64,000 bases of DNA, from the NCBI GenBank assembly GCA_963666425.2, contig OY762825.2, positions 1-64,000 of the forward strand, given 5' to 3'. Origin of the DNA: Bacillota bacterium. Lineage in GTDB: Bacteria; Bacillota; JAAYKD01. Positions 19,274-30,650 of the stretch are shown piece by piece. Made by a program: the position numbers and the translations under genes. Within the stretch, counting starts at the first letter, position 1. Each line of letters starts with the position of its first letter. The notes beneath the pieces are model-generated. The model saw only the letters and a program-made list of their open reading frames with translations. It was not told the DNA's origin and did no database searches.

Positions 19274-19698
19274 CTTATCTATTTTGTCAGAAGAGGTCAC
19301 AATATTTCGCATCGGATGCAGCATTTTATACCGAACTGTCACTTAATCTGCACAGGACTGCCATACAGCATCACGTGAAATTGCTTTTCCCCAAAAGGAT
19401 ATTCCTTAAACTGCTTAATAACAGAAGGTATTTGATTATGTTCTGTATAATTTAGGAAAGAATTATGGAAGAGATTATTACTGCTATCCCATTATCACAT
19501 TTCTCTTTATACAACAGAGTATGTATTTTTTACCTAGGCAGATTCAGCTGGTATAATCGTCTAGAGAACAGACGAGGAATAAATAGATACGCCTGGGATA
19601 CGGATGTGTTTTATAGCCTTCAAAGTAATCGGATGAATTTGTAATGTGAGCGATGACTGATCTGTTTTTTCGATTGATAGATTACGGGAGGCTTCAGC

Positions 19699-22026
19699 AT
19701 GAGATTAAAGAATAAAATCCTGTTAACAGTAATCCCCTTAATGGTTTTATTTGCTGTATTCGTAAATGTAGCATTCGGTTTGTTTTTCCAAAAGTATATT
19801 ACGCAACAAGAAGACAGCCAGATTAACACAGCAATGAATAGCCTAACCACTTATTTGAATGGAGAGATTACGCAAGGACGGGGAAGTGTTAATGATTGGG
19901 GTCATTGGGATGATACTTATCATTTCGTTGAAACAAGAAATGCCGAATATATCCGCTATAATTTAGCGGAAAGTACACTTGCCAACCTTAGCTTGAATTT
20001 TATGATTTTTATGAACAGTGCTGACGAGATCATCTACCAACAGTATTATGCGTTGGATGCAGGAAAATTCAGTCAATTTCCTCAGGATTTTCAGGTTACC
20101 AGTGATTTCATTTCTTTTGTGAAACTTGAGGAGGATGTCGCAAGTATTCTGAAGATTGGTGAGAATTATTATTTTATCTACTCGACTGATATCACTGATT
20201 CGGAAATGATAAAACCAGCGAATGGTAAACTGATTATTGGCAGAGGGATAGACGCTTCCATCATCGAGAATATCGAAACAATCACGGGTAATCAATTGAA
20301 TGCAATCAGCCCATTAGAGTGGGTTGAAAATAGTCCAATACAGAGTAACCCGACGATTTTAAGTAAAATCAATTCCGCTTCCGGTGAGACAATTGACATA
20401 AGACTGGCTGTGCCAAATGCATACCGAAGTCAGGACTCTATTCGGATGGATTTCGAGATGCCGAGAACCTTATATGTTTCTTCTATGAAAAATGTGTTTA
20501 ATTTTGCAGTATTAGATACCGTATTGTTCGCTATCGCTTGTTTCGTTGTGATTGTAATTTTCACAAATATCTTAACGAAACCATTTAAAGATTTACTGCA
20601 AGAAGTAAGTGCTATTGTTACAACAAAAAATGAATACCCTAAACTTGCCGAAATTGGCAATATCGAGTTTTTATATTTAAGGAAATCCATCAATAATCTC
20701 TTGACCAAAATTGAGGAGAACCAAGCAAGAATCACAAGCCTGGCTTTATTTGATCAATTAACAGGGATTCCCAATAGAATTTTGTTCAATGATCTATTGC
20801 TAAAAGAAATCAGTTTGTCAAGCAAGACCGGGAAAAAAATCGGCGTTGTTTTTCTCGATCTAGACAATTTCAAGTCAGTGAATGATACACTTGGCCATGA
20901 AATGGGTGATGAACTGATTCGGCAGGTTTCCGTAAGATTAGCTGATGCGGTTCATAAACAGGATACCGTAGCGCGCTTCGGCGGGGATGAATTCTTATTG
21001 ATCCTGAACAACCTGCAGGAAATTAATGATCTGCCAATAGTAATAGACAAGGTAATGACTGTTTTTCACCAGCCGTTTGTTTTAAATGGCATGGAATATT
21101 TCGTAACGTGCAGTGCCGGCGTTTCTGTATATCCAGAGGATGGCGGAGATTCCGATACTTTGGTGAAAAATGCTGATATTGCCATGTATAGCGCAAAAAA
21201 TGATGGTAAAAATACTTACTCATTTAGTTCGTTGATGATGAGAGACGATCTCTCCGAGAAAATTGAATTGACTAACTACTTGTATCGGGCTCAGGAACGT
21301 AACGAGTTGGAAATCTATTATCAGCCGCAAATTTCCGTTGCCAATCGAAAAATAGTCGGTTTTGAAGCATTGCTGCGTTGGAATCACCCTACCAAGGGAC
21401 AATTACTACCCAGGAAATTTATCCAGTTGGCTGAGCATACACGCTTAATTAATCCAATCGGTAAATGGGTTCTGGAAACTGTCTGTCAACAAAAAAAGCA
21501 TTGGACTGATCTGGGTTTTGATCAGATTCGCATTGCGGTCAATATGTCGCTGGTCCAATTTCTCGACCCGGAGTTATTGGATATGGTTAAGAACACTATT
21601 ATAGCGACAAAAATTGATCCGAGATCCATTGAAATAGAAATTACAGAAAGTATGGCTACGAATAAATCGATTAACATTGAACCGATCTTACATGCTCTGA
21701 AGGAGATTGGAATGTCCATCGCAATTGACGATTTTGGTACTGAATATTCCTCATTGGCAAGGCTGAAATACCTTTCAATTGATCGAATTAAAATGGATAT
21801 GCAATTTGTGCATAGTATTTCCGTCAGTGACAAAGATGATGCAATTGCTAAGATCATCATTCAGTTAGCGAAAAATTTGAATTTAAATGTGATAGCGGAA
21901 GGAATTGAAACTGAAAACCAAATGAATTTCCTGTCGATGAATGCCTGTGATGAAGTACAAGGCTACTATTATTATCGGCCAATGAAAGCGGAGGATGCGG
22001 AAAAGCTTTTATTGGAGCAAAGATGA
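19699..22026 (+). CDS. CHASE4-HAMP-GGDEF-EAL c-di-GMP cyclase/phosphodiesterase
   Basis: DWGHWDDTY (CHASE4), two TMs, RFGGDEF, EALLRW and DDFGTEYSSL. Confidence 0.9.
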   Translation: MRLKNKILLTVIPLMVLFAVFVNVAFGLFFQKYITQQEDSQINTAMNSLTTYLNGEITQGRGSVNDWGHWDDTYHFVETRNAEYIRYNLAESTLANLSLNFMIFMNSADEIIYQQYYALDAGKFSQFPQDFQVTSDFISFVKLEEDVASILKIGENYYFIYSTDITDSEMIKPANGKLIIGRGIDASIIENIETITGNQLNAISPLEWVENSPIQSNPTILSKINSASGETIDIRLAVPNAYRSQDSIRMDFEMPRTLYVSSMKNVFNFAVLDTVLFAIACFVVIVIFTNILTKPFKDLLQEVSAIVTTKNEYPKLAEIGNIEFLYLRKSINNLLTKIEENQARITSLALFDQLTGIPNRILFNDLLLKEISLSSKTGKKIGVVFLDLDNFKSVNDTLGHEMGDELIRQVSVRLADAVHKQDTVARFGGDEFLLILNNLQEINDLPIVIDKVMTVFHQPFVLNGMEYFVTCSAGVSVYPEDGGDSDTLVKNADIAMYSAKNDGKNTYSFSSLMMRDDLSEKIELTNYLYRAQERNELEIYYQPQISVANRKIVGFEALLRWNHPTKGQLLPRKFIQLAEHTRLINPIGKWVLETVCQQKKHWTDLGFDQIRIAVNMSLVQFLDPELLDMVKNTIIATKIDPRSIEIEITESMATNKSINIEPILHALKEIGMSIAIDDFGTEYSSLARLKYLSIDRIKMDMQFVHSISVSDKDDAIAKIIIQLAKNLNLNVIAEGIETENQMNFLSMNACDEVQGYYYYRPMKAEDAEKLLLEQR

Positions 22027-22233
22027 TAACAAACAAGTAAAATACTGCAACGGAAGATCGACAGTAACAATGTCAGCGTCAAAGAGCAGAAGGAATTGGA
22101 TTATGTCATGTATAATTTAAGTAGAACAAGGTAAAAGAATAAAATGGAGTAGCTAACGCAATCGAAAGCGGATCGTGCGCGGTTGGAAATTCAAAACTTC
22201 AGCCACCCTACGAACCAATCAAAGAGGTAAAAA

Positions 22234-23100
22234 ATGATGTCGGAAAAACCAGTGATCGCGTTACTTTATGATTTTGATAAGACACTTTGTACCAAAGATA
22301 TGCAGGAGTACAGCTTTATCCCCGAGATAAATATGGAACCTGCTGCTTTTTGGCATGAATCGAATGGCTTAGCGAAAGATCAGAAGATGGATCGTATTCT
22401 GGCTTCGATGTACCTAATGCTGCAAAAAGCAAAGAAAGCCGGTGAACCGGTTTGTCGGGATAACTTTGTCACCTTCGGCAATGCTTTACAGTTTTTCCCG
22501 GGGGTGGAGAATTGGTTTGACCGCATTAATCGCCTGGGGGAAAGCATGCAGATGACGGTAGAGCATTACATCATTTCTTCGGGTTTACACGAAATTATCG
22601 AGGGCTCCAGCATCTATCCGTATTTCCGCGAAGTGTTTGCCAGCGAATATTATTATGACGAAAACGGCAATGCTTGCTGGCCAAAAAACATGGTCAATTA
22701 TACCACCAAGACGCAGTTTTTGTATCGTGTCAACAAGGGTGTGCTCGATGTCTCCAATGATGACGATTTAAATAAGTTTACGGCACAGGAAGAACGAGCC
22801 GTACCTTTCCGTAATATGATTTATATCGGTGATGGCTTAACAGATGTGCCCTGCATGCATTTGGTCAAGGAAAACGGCGGCTATTCGATTGCCGTATATC
22901 AGGCGGGGGGAAGAGAAGCAGTGGAAGAACTGCTGATGCATGAACGAGTCAATTTTCTTGTTCCGGCAGATTACTCCGAACAAACTGAGCTGGATGAAAT
23001 TGTACAGAATATCATTCGCACCATGGCAATGGTGGATGGTTTAAAACGAAAGAATCAGGAGCAATTGACCCAGATCCGCTCGATACCGGGTGTAGAATAG
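22234..23100 (+). CDS. HAD-superfamily hydrolase
   Basis: YDFDKTL, IISSG and YIGDG.TD motifs. Confidence 0.85.
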   Translation: MMSEKPVIALLYDFDKTLCTKDMQEYSFIPEINMEPAAFWHESNGLAKDQKMDRILASMYLMLQKAKKAGEPVCRDNFVTFGNALQFFPGVENWFDRINRLGESMQMTVEHYIISSGLHEIIEGSSIYPYFREVFASEYYYDENGNACWPKNMVNYTTKTQFLYRVNKGVLDVSNDDDLNKFTAQEERAVPFRNMIYIGDGLTDVPCMHLVKENGGYSIAVYQAGGREAVEELLMHERVNFLVPADYSEQTELDEIVQNIIRTMAMVDGLKRKNQEQLTQIRSIPGVE

Positions 23101-23111
23101 AGGAGATAGCG

Positions 23112-24509
23112 ATGAAGATCAACAAAGCATGGCAGACGATGATGGAAGAGCGATATCGGATTGATTTTAAGCAAGTTGCGGCAGTCATCCAGGGATTGCC
23201 GATTAGTGGCTTTTTGAAAGACACCGAAGGGCGTTATCAAATTGTCAGCAACATGTCTTTTTATTTTGAATTTGAAGATGAGCAGTATGTACTGGGAAAA
23301 ACCGATCTGGAAATTGGTTTTGACTCGGCTTCAGCGCAGCTTTTTTTTGAGGATGACCAGAGAATCGTTTCCGGAAAACCGGGGAGACGTTATATCAAAG
23401 AGATGCTCTTAAAAGGGAAGCAGTATTTTTTTGAAGTGGTCAAAAATCCCGCCGTTGATGAAACCGGTGCCATCATTGGCATAGTGGGTCTGATCAATGA
23501 TGTCACCGAACGACAGTCGGAAGAGCGTTGGAAACAGAACCAAATTGATATGATGGACACACTGACCGAGATCAACAAACTATTACTGAAGATCCATAAA
23601 GACGATACGTTCCTGGCTGATATCTTAAGATTAATTGCCGGTTATACGCAAGCCGATCAGGTCTCGATTTTTGAGTTTGCTCCTGAGGGTCATGCCGTTG
23701 TCAATTATGAATACTGCGCCCCTGGTCTGCAGCCCCACACTGCACCGCAAGAGATATTTCAGCCGTCACAAGCACCCGATTGGCTGCAGCATCTGCAAAA
23801 AAATGAAATCATTCAGATTGATCAACCTGAATCTCTTCGGGAAGACCGCCCGAGCGAATATCAAATGCTGAAAGCACAAAAGATTGAGAGGCTTTTTATA
23901 GCTCCGATCATCTCTTCTTACCAAACAAACAGTAATTTAGTTGCTTTCCTGAGAGTGAATAATCCCCGTAACTCCTATAACAATGTGCATTTCATGGAGC
24001 ACTTGGCATTTGGTCTTTCGATTGCCTATGATAATTATCGTGAGTTTTATCAAATTCAGAAATTGAGCACCTATGATTTGGCAACCAATGTTCTAAATCG
24101 GAACCAGTATATTCATTATGTACAGCATTTTTCTGCCGAAGGGATTCGTCAATTGGCTTGTATTTATGCGGATGTCAATGGCTTGCATGAGTATAATAAT
24201 CAATTCGGACATATCAAGGGAGACGAAATGCTGAGTCGGGTGGCGCGTTTATTGAATCAACATTTTCGGGAAGAAAAAGTGTTTCGCGCCGGTGGGGATG
24301 AATTTGTCATTATAGCGGAGAACAAAACCGAAGAATCGCTCAAAAAGGCGATCGAAGCTTTTGAGGCCGAACTGAAGCAATCCGATGTTTCTGTGGCTTT
24401 GGGGATGGAGTATCGCAGCGAAGGGTTCAATATTGAAGAAATGCTGAAAGCGGCAGATACCAATATGTATGACAATAAATTCCGGTATTACAGCGAAAAA
24501 CAGAATTGA
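23112..24509 (+). CDS. PAS-GAF-GGDEF diguanylate cyclase
   Basis: KDTEGRY...GIVGLINDVTE (PAS/PAC), GAF-like middle, DVNGLHEYNN and RAGGDEF. Confidence 0.85.
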   Translation: MKINKAWQTMMEERYRIDFKQVAAVIQGLPISGFLKDTEGRYQIVSNMSFYFEFEDEQYVLGKTDLEIGFDSASAQLFFEDDQRIVSGKPGRRYIKEMLLKGKQYFFEVVKNPAVDETGAIIGIVGLINDVTERQSEERWKQNQIDMMDTLTEINKLLLKIHKDDTFLADILRLIAGYTQADQVSIFEFAPEGHAVVNYEYCAPGLQPHTAPQEIFQPSQAPDWLQHLQKNEIIQIDQPESLREDRPSEYQMLKAQKIERLFIAPIISSYQTNSNLVAFLRVNNPRNSYNNVHFMEHLAFGLSIAYDNYREFYQIQKLSTYDLATNVLNRNQYIHYVQHFSAEGIRQLACIYADVNGLHEYNNQFGHIKGDEMLSRVARLLNQHFREEKVFRAGGDEFVIIAENKTEESLKKAIEAFEAELKQSDVSVALGMEYRSEGFNIEEMLKAADTNMYDNKFRYYSEKQN

Positions 24510-24592
24510 ACATTTTCTGCAGTGAGCAGAAAAAATGGAAAATTGAGCAGCTGGCATAACCCTTGCATCTGTAACTTTTTTGGGAGGATCCT

Positions 24593-25744
24593 ATGAAATT
24601 ACTGCACCTGGCTGATCTGCATCTAGGTAAGCGGGTCAGTGAATTCGATCTGATCGAAGACCAACGCGATATCCTGCAGCAAATTCTGCAGATCGTTGAG
24701 CGGGAACAACCGGAAATCATCCTGATTGCCGGTGATCTCTATGATAAAAGCCAACCATCGATTGATGCAGTGGAACTGATGGACGAATTCCTCACCGCTT
24801 TGATCGCACTTGGCCGACAGGTTTTTCTGATCAGCGGCAATCACGATTCGCCGGAACGCTTGGGGTTCGGCAGCCGGATCCTGCAGAAAAATCATCTTTA
24901 TATCGCCGGCGTTTTTAACGGCCGGCTGGATCATTATGTACTGACAGATGAATACGGGCCGCTCAACATTTACTTATTGCCCTATTTAAAACCAGCGCTG
25001 GCCAGGCCTTATTTCGAAACCAGAATTGAGACCTATGACGACGCAGTTCGCGCGGTATTGGCAGCGAGCCAAATTGACCCGCAGGAACGCAATGTGCTGT
25101 TGGCACATCAGTTTGTCACGGGCGGATTGCTGGCGCCGCAGCGCTCCGATTCGGAGAACATCTCAGTGGGTGGGTTAGATCAGATTGGAGCGGAGCACTT
25201 TGAGGGTTTCGATTACGTCGCCTTAGGGCATCTGCATGGGCCGCAGCAAATCCTGCGGGAGAGCATTCGTTATGCCGGGTCTCCATTGAAGTATTCTTTT
25301 TCGGAAGCACGGCAGCGCAAATCAATCACCTTGCTCGAACTGCAACAGAAAGGTAGCCTGACTCTGCGCCAGATTTTGCTGCAGCCCTTGCATGATATGC
25401 GGGAGATCAAGGGACCGCTCGGCGAATTGCTGAAAATTGGCAAAAGTGATGGGCACGGCGCGCAGGATTACCTGCATGTCACTCTGACAGATGAAGAAGC
25501 ACTTTATGATGCCATCGGGCAGCTGCGCCAGGTCTACCCCAATCTAATGATACTGGATTTTGATAATCAGCGTACGCGCAGCACGGCGGCCATCGCAGTC
25601 AGCAGTGCGGCAGAAGTCACTTTAAAAACTCCGCTGAGCTTGTTTGCGGAATTTTATCAATTACAGAATAACCAAGACTTAACCACGCAGCAGCTGCAGC
25701 TCATGGAGAAGATCTTTCGTCAGGCAGGAGGTGAGTCTGTATGA
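24593..25744 (+). CDS. sbcD: Nuclease SbcCD subunit D
   Basis: DLHLG, AGDLYD, GNHD, ALGHLH and YAGSPLKYSFSE. Confidence 0.95.
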   Translation: MKLLHLADLHLGKRVSEFDLIEDQRDILQQILQIVEREQPEIILIAGDLYDKSQPSIDAVELMDEFLTALIALGRQVFLISGNHDSPERLGFGSRILQKNHLYIAGVFNGRLDHYVLTDEYGPLNIYLLPYLKPALARPYFETRIETYDDAVRAVLAASQIDPQERNVLLAHQFVTGGLLAPQRSDSENISVGGLDQIGAEHFEGFDYVALGHLHGPQQILRESIRYAGSPLKYSFSEARQRKSITLLELQQKGSLTLRQILLQPLHDMREIKGPLGELLKIGKSDGHGAQDYLHVTLTDEEALYDAIGQLRQVYPNLMILDFDNQRTRSTAAIAVSSAAEVTLKTPLSLFAEFYQLQNNQDLTTQQLQLMEKIFRQAGGESV

Positions 25745-28700
25745 GACCGCTCAAAGTGGTCATGTGCGCTTTTGGGCCGTATGCTGCCAGAACGGAACTC
25801 GATTTGCAGGCTTTTGGCGGGCAAGGCCTTTTTTTAATCAGCGGTGACACCGGTGCCGGTAAAACCACGGTTTTTGATGCGATTGCTTTTGCTTTATTCG
25901 GAGAAGCCAGCGGTTCTACCCGCAGTGTGGATTCTCTGCGCAGCGATTTTGCTGAAGCCGACTGCAAGACCTATGTGGAATTGCTCTTTTTACATAAAGG
26001 AAAAACATATACCATCAGCCGCAATCCCAGCTATTTACGTCCGAAAAAGAATAAAAGCGGCTTTACGACAGAAAATACAGATGCGGTGCTCACTATGCCG
26101 GATGGTGGTGTGATTGCAGGAGCCAAAGAGGTCACCGCAAAAATCACTGATTTATTGGGTGTCAACTATAAACAATTCAAACAAATCGCCATGATCGCCC
26201 AAGGTGAATTTTTGCAGCTCTTACTGGCCGACAGCAGAGCACGCGGAGAGATTTTTCGGCGAGTCTTCAACACAGAAGTATTTCAGGCTGCTCAGGAACT
26301 GCTAAAGGATCAAGAAAAAGCGGCTAGGCGGAATTGCGAGAGTAACCAGCAAAGTACTTTGCAGTATATGACAGGTATTCTCGTAGCCGAGGAGCCGGAA
26401 AACCAACCGCTGGCAGAGCTGCTGACAAGACAGGACGTCTACAGTGCGGCGGAGGTATTGCTCTTACTGCAGGAACAAAATGCCCGTGACGCGCTGCTGC
26501 AAGAGGAATTGCTGCAAGCGAGCAGACAAAACGAACAAGCTTTGGCCTGGTTGATCGCTCAAAGAACCGAGGCTGAATTCATCAATCAGGCATTTTTAGA
26601 GCTGCGCCAGGCAGAAGCGCGCCAGGCAGAGTTTGCGGCCGAGGAGACCGATATATTACTGCGCAGGGATGAATTGTTGGTGGCTGAGCAAGCTCTCCGC
26701 CTGGTGCGGCCATTGCAGCTGGATTTCCTGCGGGAAGAAAAGCTCTCGGCAGATTTAAAGCGGAGCATAGAAGAGCTGACTGCAGTTGTGGCAAGTCAAT
26801 TGATAGAAACGGAACGCTTGCGGCAAATTCACCAGACAGAAAAGAGCAGGGAACCACAGCGAGAGCAATTGACGGCCGCTTTGGATCAGCTGGAAAAAAC
26901 ATTGCCGCAATATGATGCGGTAAGTAAACTTAGATTTAAAATGCAGCAGATCACTGCAAATAAGAAGCAAATCCAAGAAAATTCGCAGCAACTCCAGCAA
27001 TACCAGGAGAGTGCGCTCAAACAAAAAATCGCTTTCCGGGCTGAATTGGAACAATTGTCATCGGTGGAAATCGAACTGGCGCGCTGCGAACAAGAAACAC
27101 GGCTGCTGCAAAACAGAGAAGAGGATTTGCTGCAGCTGCAAATGAAATTAGCAAAATTGCAGGTCCTGCAAGCAGAATCTACGCAGCTGCAGCAGCAGTA
27201 TCTGGCGGCAGAAAAGTTCTTTCAGGGAACGGATGCCGAATATAATCAAAAAGCGAGCGCTTTTTTTCGGGAACAGGCAGGAATTCTGGCGGCTGCTTTA
27301 GAGGACGGCAAGGCTTGTCCTGTTTGCGGCTCTCTCCAGCATCCACAAAAAGCAGTGGCTTCTCAAGAAGCGCCCAGTGAAGCGGAATTGAATCAAGCGA
27401 AACAAAAAAGTCAAAACAGCCGCGATAAAATGCAGACAGCCAGCGAAACAGCGGCTGCGAAACGGACCGAAATACAGTCACTGCAGGAATTCCTGCTGCA
27501 GGACGTTCAACGCTGTTTGGCAGAAAAAGCGGATTTTCTGCCAAACGAACAGCTTCGGGAGCAAATCGGCTTGGTACTGACGGAATGCCGAGAACAGAAA
27601 TCGAAAAATCAAGAGCTGAGGCTGCGTTTGCAAAAAGCGGTCGAACGCAAAGCACTGTGTCAGAAAAATCTAACGCTGTTGGAAGAAACCAGCTCGGAAA
27701 ATACAGCGCGTTTAGCAGAAAATGAGCAATTGCAGCAGGGGTTCGCTACCGAATTAGCCGCTATCTCCGGAGAATTGAGCGTCATGCAGGCTGCTCTTAC
27801 ATTTGCTTCCCGTGAGCAGGCAGAAGCCAAAGCAGTCCTTTGGCGGCAGGAAGCGATTCAGCTCAAAACCGCGCTGCAGACAGCAGAAAATTGCTTCAAT
27901 CAGGCACAAGCAGAACTGCAGAGTCAGCAGGCATTGCTGGCTGATCAAAGAATCCGAGCCGTAACGGCACAAGCGCAGAGTGCAGAAACCGCAGCGGCTT
28001 ACCAAAAGAAACTGGCGGAGTGCGGTTTTGCCGACGAACAGAGCTTTCAGCGAGCCCTGCGGACAGAAGCAGAAATCAAAGCAATTCGAGAAAGCATTGA
28101 GCTCTATCAGAACGAGCGAAAGCATCTTCAACTTGAATTGCTCCGGCTGTCGCAAGCTACCAAAGGTAAAGCGAAACAAGATCTCAGTGCCTTGGAACGA
28201 GAAAAAGCAGCTTTGAGCCTGCAAAAAAACGTAATCGACAGCAAAGTAAAAACGATCATGACGCGTTTTGGTATTAATCAGACCGCAGCGATGGCCTTAT
28301 CGAGAGCGCTGCAGGCGCAGCAGGCATACCAGGCGGAATACTTATTGATCTCAGATCTTTCGAAAACGGCAAACGGCAATCTGATTGGCAAACAGAAAGT
28401 AGCGTTTGAGCAGTACGTACAGATTGCTTATTTCAATCAGATTTTAACAGAAGCGAATAAAAGACTGCGCCTGATGTCCGGCAGCCGCTTTGAATTATTC
28501 CGTAGTGAAGAGAGCGGCAATTTACATGCGCTGTCGGGTTTGGAAATTGATGTTTTGGATCACTATACCGGCAAATTACGCTCGGTAAAATCCTTATCCG
28601 GCGGAGAGTCTTTCAAGGCTTCCTTGGCATTGGCTTTGGGCTTATCCGATGTGGTGCAGAGTTATGCCGGCGGCGTGGAAATTGACACGTTGTTTATTGA

Positions 28701-28884
28701 TGAGGGTTTCGGTGCGTTGGATGCGGAATCGTTGGAACAGGCGATTCAAACGCTGAACAACCTGGCGCTGGGCAACCGTTTAGTCGGTATTATTTCTCAT
28801 GTCAGCGAATTGAAAGATCGGATCGATCAGCAAATCATCATTAAAAAAAGTCATGCCGGCAGCAGCCTCAGCATCAAATGCTGA
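25741..28884 (+). CDS. sbcC: Nuclease SbcCD subunit C (SMC-family ATPase)
   Basis: GDTGAGKT, coiled coils, CPVC zinc hook, LSGGE and LFIDEGFG; ATGA overlap with sbcD. Confidence 0.95.
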   Translation: MRPLKVVMCAFGPYAARTELDLQAFGGQGLFLISGDTGAGKTTVFDAIAFALFGEASGSTRSVDSLRSDFAEADCKTYVELLFLHKGKTYTISRNPSYLRPKKNKSGFTTENTDAVLTMPDGGVIAGAKEVTAKITDLLGVNYKQFKQIAMIAQGEFLQLLLADSRARGEIFRRVFNTEVFQAAQELLKDQEKAARRNCESNQQSTLQYMTGILVAEEPENQPLAELLTRQDVYSAAEVLLLLQEQNARDALLQEELLQASRQNEQALAWLIAQRTEAEFINQAFLELRQAEARQAEFAAEETDILLRRDELLVAEQALRLVRPLQLDFLREEKLSADLKRSIEELTAVVASQLIETERLRQIHQTEKSREPQREQLTAALDQLEKTLPQYDAVSKLRFKMQQITANKKQIQENSQQLQQYQESALKQKIAFRAELEQLSSVEIELARCEQETRLLQNREEDLLQLQMKLAKLQVLQAESTQLQQQYLAAEKFFQGTDAEYNQKASAFFREQAGILAAALEDGKACPVCGSLQHPQKAVASQEAPSEAELNQAKQKSQNSRDKMQTASETAAAKRTEIQSLQEFLLQDVQRCLAEKADFLPNEQLREQIGLVLTECREQKSKNQELRLRLQKAVERKALCQKNLTLLEETSSENTARLAENEQLQQGFATELAAISGELSVMQAALTFASREQAEAKAVLWRQEAIQLKTALQTAENCFNQAQAELQSQQALLADQRIRAVTAQAQSAETAAAYQKKLAECGFADEQSFQRALRTEAEIKAIRESIELYQNERKHLQLELLRLSQATKGKAKQDLSALEREKAALSLQKNVIDSKVKTIMTRFGINQTAAMALSRALQAQQAYQAEYLLISDLSKTANGNLIGKQKVAFEQYVQIAYFNQILTEANKRLRLMSGSRFELFRSEESGNLHALSGLEIDVLDHYTGKLRSVKSLSGGESFKASLALALGLSDVVQSYAGGVEIDTLFIDEGFGALDAESLEQAIQTLNNLALGNRLVGIISHVSELKDRIDQQIIIKKSHAGSSLSIKC

Positions 28885-29085
28885 GGGAGGAACAGGCTAT
28901 ATTGATGTGCACATCGCCGGTCTGTTCCGGATAATTCGATGTCTCAGCAAGGATAGCATCTGCTGAGATTGTCTATTTTACTGTTTACCATTCGCCGAGC
29001 ATTCCAGAGAGTGGATAATCGCAGGCTCGAAAATTTATCACTACGTCAATCATTACAATTTACTGATGAAATCGGAGGTTCTCAG

Positions 29086-30396
29086 ATGGATCAATTCGAC
29101 TGGCAAGCATACCAGAAAAAAGTGCAGTGGTTTTGTCAAAGCCGCTTTGGTATGTTTATTCATTGGGGTCTCTATGCCATACCCGCCCGCGGCGAATGGG
29201 TGCGCAGCGAAGAACGTCTGACTCTGGCGGAATACCAACCCTATTTGGCAGAATTCAACGCAGATCAATTCGACGCAGCTACTTGGGCAAAGGCAGCCAA
29301 AGCGGCAGGGATGCAGTATGCTGTACTGACCGCCAAGCATCACGATGGCTTTTGCCTGTTTGACAGTGCGCTGACCGATTATAAATCCAGCAACACACCT
29401 TGCGGCAGGGATATCGTGCGTGAGTTTTTGCAGGCTTTCCGGGCGGAGGGTCTGCGGGTTGGTCTTTATTATTCACTCATTGATTGGCAGCATCCTGATT
29501 ATCCGCATTACGGTGATTTGCATCATCCTATGCGGGATAACCCGGCTTTCCAAACTGTCAAACATGATTTCAATCGTTATTTAACCTACATGCATGCTCA
29601 AGTAGAGGAACTATGCAAAAACTACGGTAAAATTGATCTCTTTTGGTTTGATTTTTCTTACGGCGATCTGCGCGGAGAAGCTTGGAAAGCGACGGAATTG
29701 GTGCGCATGATCCGCTCTTATCAACCGGATGTGCTGATCGATAACCGTCTGGAAGTCAGTGGGGAAGGTTTTGGTTCACTGATCAGCCGAGAGCCAAGTG
29801 CCTATTGCGGTGATTTTGTCAGCCCGGAGCAGATTATCCCGCCGCAGGGCATCGTGAACCAAGCGGGGGCAGCGGTACCCTGGGAAGCTTGTGTCACCAT
29901 GAACAATCATTGGGGTTACACGCAACAGGATAAACATTTCAAATCGAGCAAAATGCTGATTCAGAAATTAGTAGAATGTGTCAGTAAGAATGGCAATCTG
30001 CTTTGCAATGTGGGGCCTAACGCCAGAGGAGTAATTCCGGCGGAGTCCTTGGCTATTTTAGCCGAGGTCGGATCTTGGATGCAGAGAAATTCAGCCTCCA
30101 TCTACGGCTGCGGCGCAGCCGGATTGCCCAAGCACGAATATGGGAGAATCACCGCCAAAGGCAACAAGCTGTATTTTCATTTTACGGAAGCGGCGATCGG
30201 TTATCTGCCGCTGCCGGGTCTCTGTCTTGAGGATATTCAGAAAATCCGCCTGCTGGCAGACGGCAGTGAATTGCAGCCGATTCGTAATTGGGTGACCAAC
30301 AATTACGCGGATGTGATATTTGTTTCGTTCGGTGACGATCCCAATTTGCCGGAATCTGTGGATACCGTCATTGAAGTTGAATTGAAAAGCAGATAA
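29086..30396 (+). CDS. Alpha-L-fucosidase (GH29)
   Basis: FGMFIHWG, TAKHHDGF, WFDF and NGNLLCNVGP; RBS GGAGG before ATG 29086. Confidence 0.9.
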   Translation: MDQFDWQAYQKKVQWFCQSRFGMFIHWGLYAIPARGEWVRSEERLTLAEYQPYLAEFNADQFDAATWAKAAKAAGMQYAVLTAKHHDGFCLFDSALTDYKSSNTPCGRDIVREFLQAFRAEGLRVGLYYSLIDWQHPDYPHYGDLHHPMRDNPAFQTVKHDFNRYLTYMHAQVEELCKNYGKIDLFWFDFSYGDLRGEAWKATELVRMIRSYQPDVLIDNRLEVSGEGFGSLISREPSAYCGDFVSPEQIIPPQGIVNQAGAAVPWEACVTMNNHWGYTQQDKHFKSSKMLIQKLVECVSKNGNLLCNVGPNARGVIPAESLAILAEVGSWMQRNSASIYGCGAAGLPKHEYGRITAKGNKLYFHFTEAAIGYLPLPGLCLEDIQKIRLLADGSELQPIRNWVTNNYADVIFVSFGDDPNLPESVDTVIEVELKSR

Positions 30397-30418
30397 TTGT
30401 AGATTTTTTGTTAACACA

Positions 30419-30446
30419 GAAGGGATTCTTTCTCGCTATATAGAAG
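30419..30446 (+). promoter_or_regulatory. Possible SigH-type promoter of ftsZ
   Basis: GAAGGGATT...GAAG with 22 nt between motif starts, the same spacing as the other AGGA..GAAT sites in the window. Confidence 0.35.
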
Positions 30447-30650
30447 TTATAAAAATGCTATGATTGTGTAGCTATAGAAAGAAGTAAGAAGACTGCAGGA
30501 CGAGCGATCACTGTCTGGCTCTGAGTCGGATAACAATGGTTTGCTATTTTTAGTTGTAGTGCGACCTCACAGTGATATCGTAAGGATAACGAGGAGAAAT
30601 AAGCTGCTCGGAACCGATGCGGGATATTTTTAGAGACTGAAGGCAGAGGA

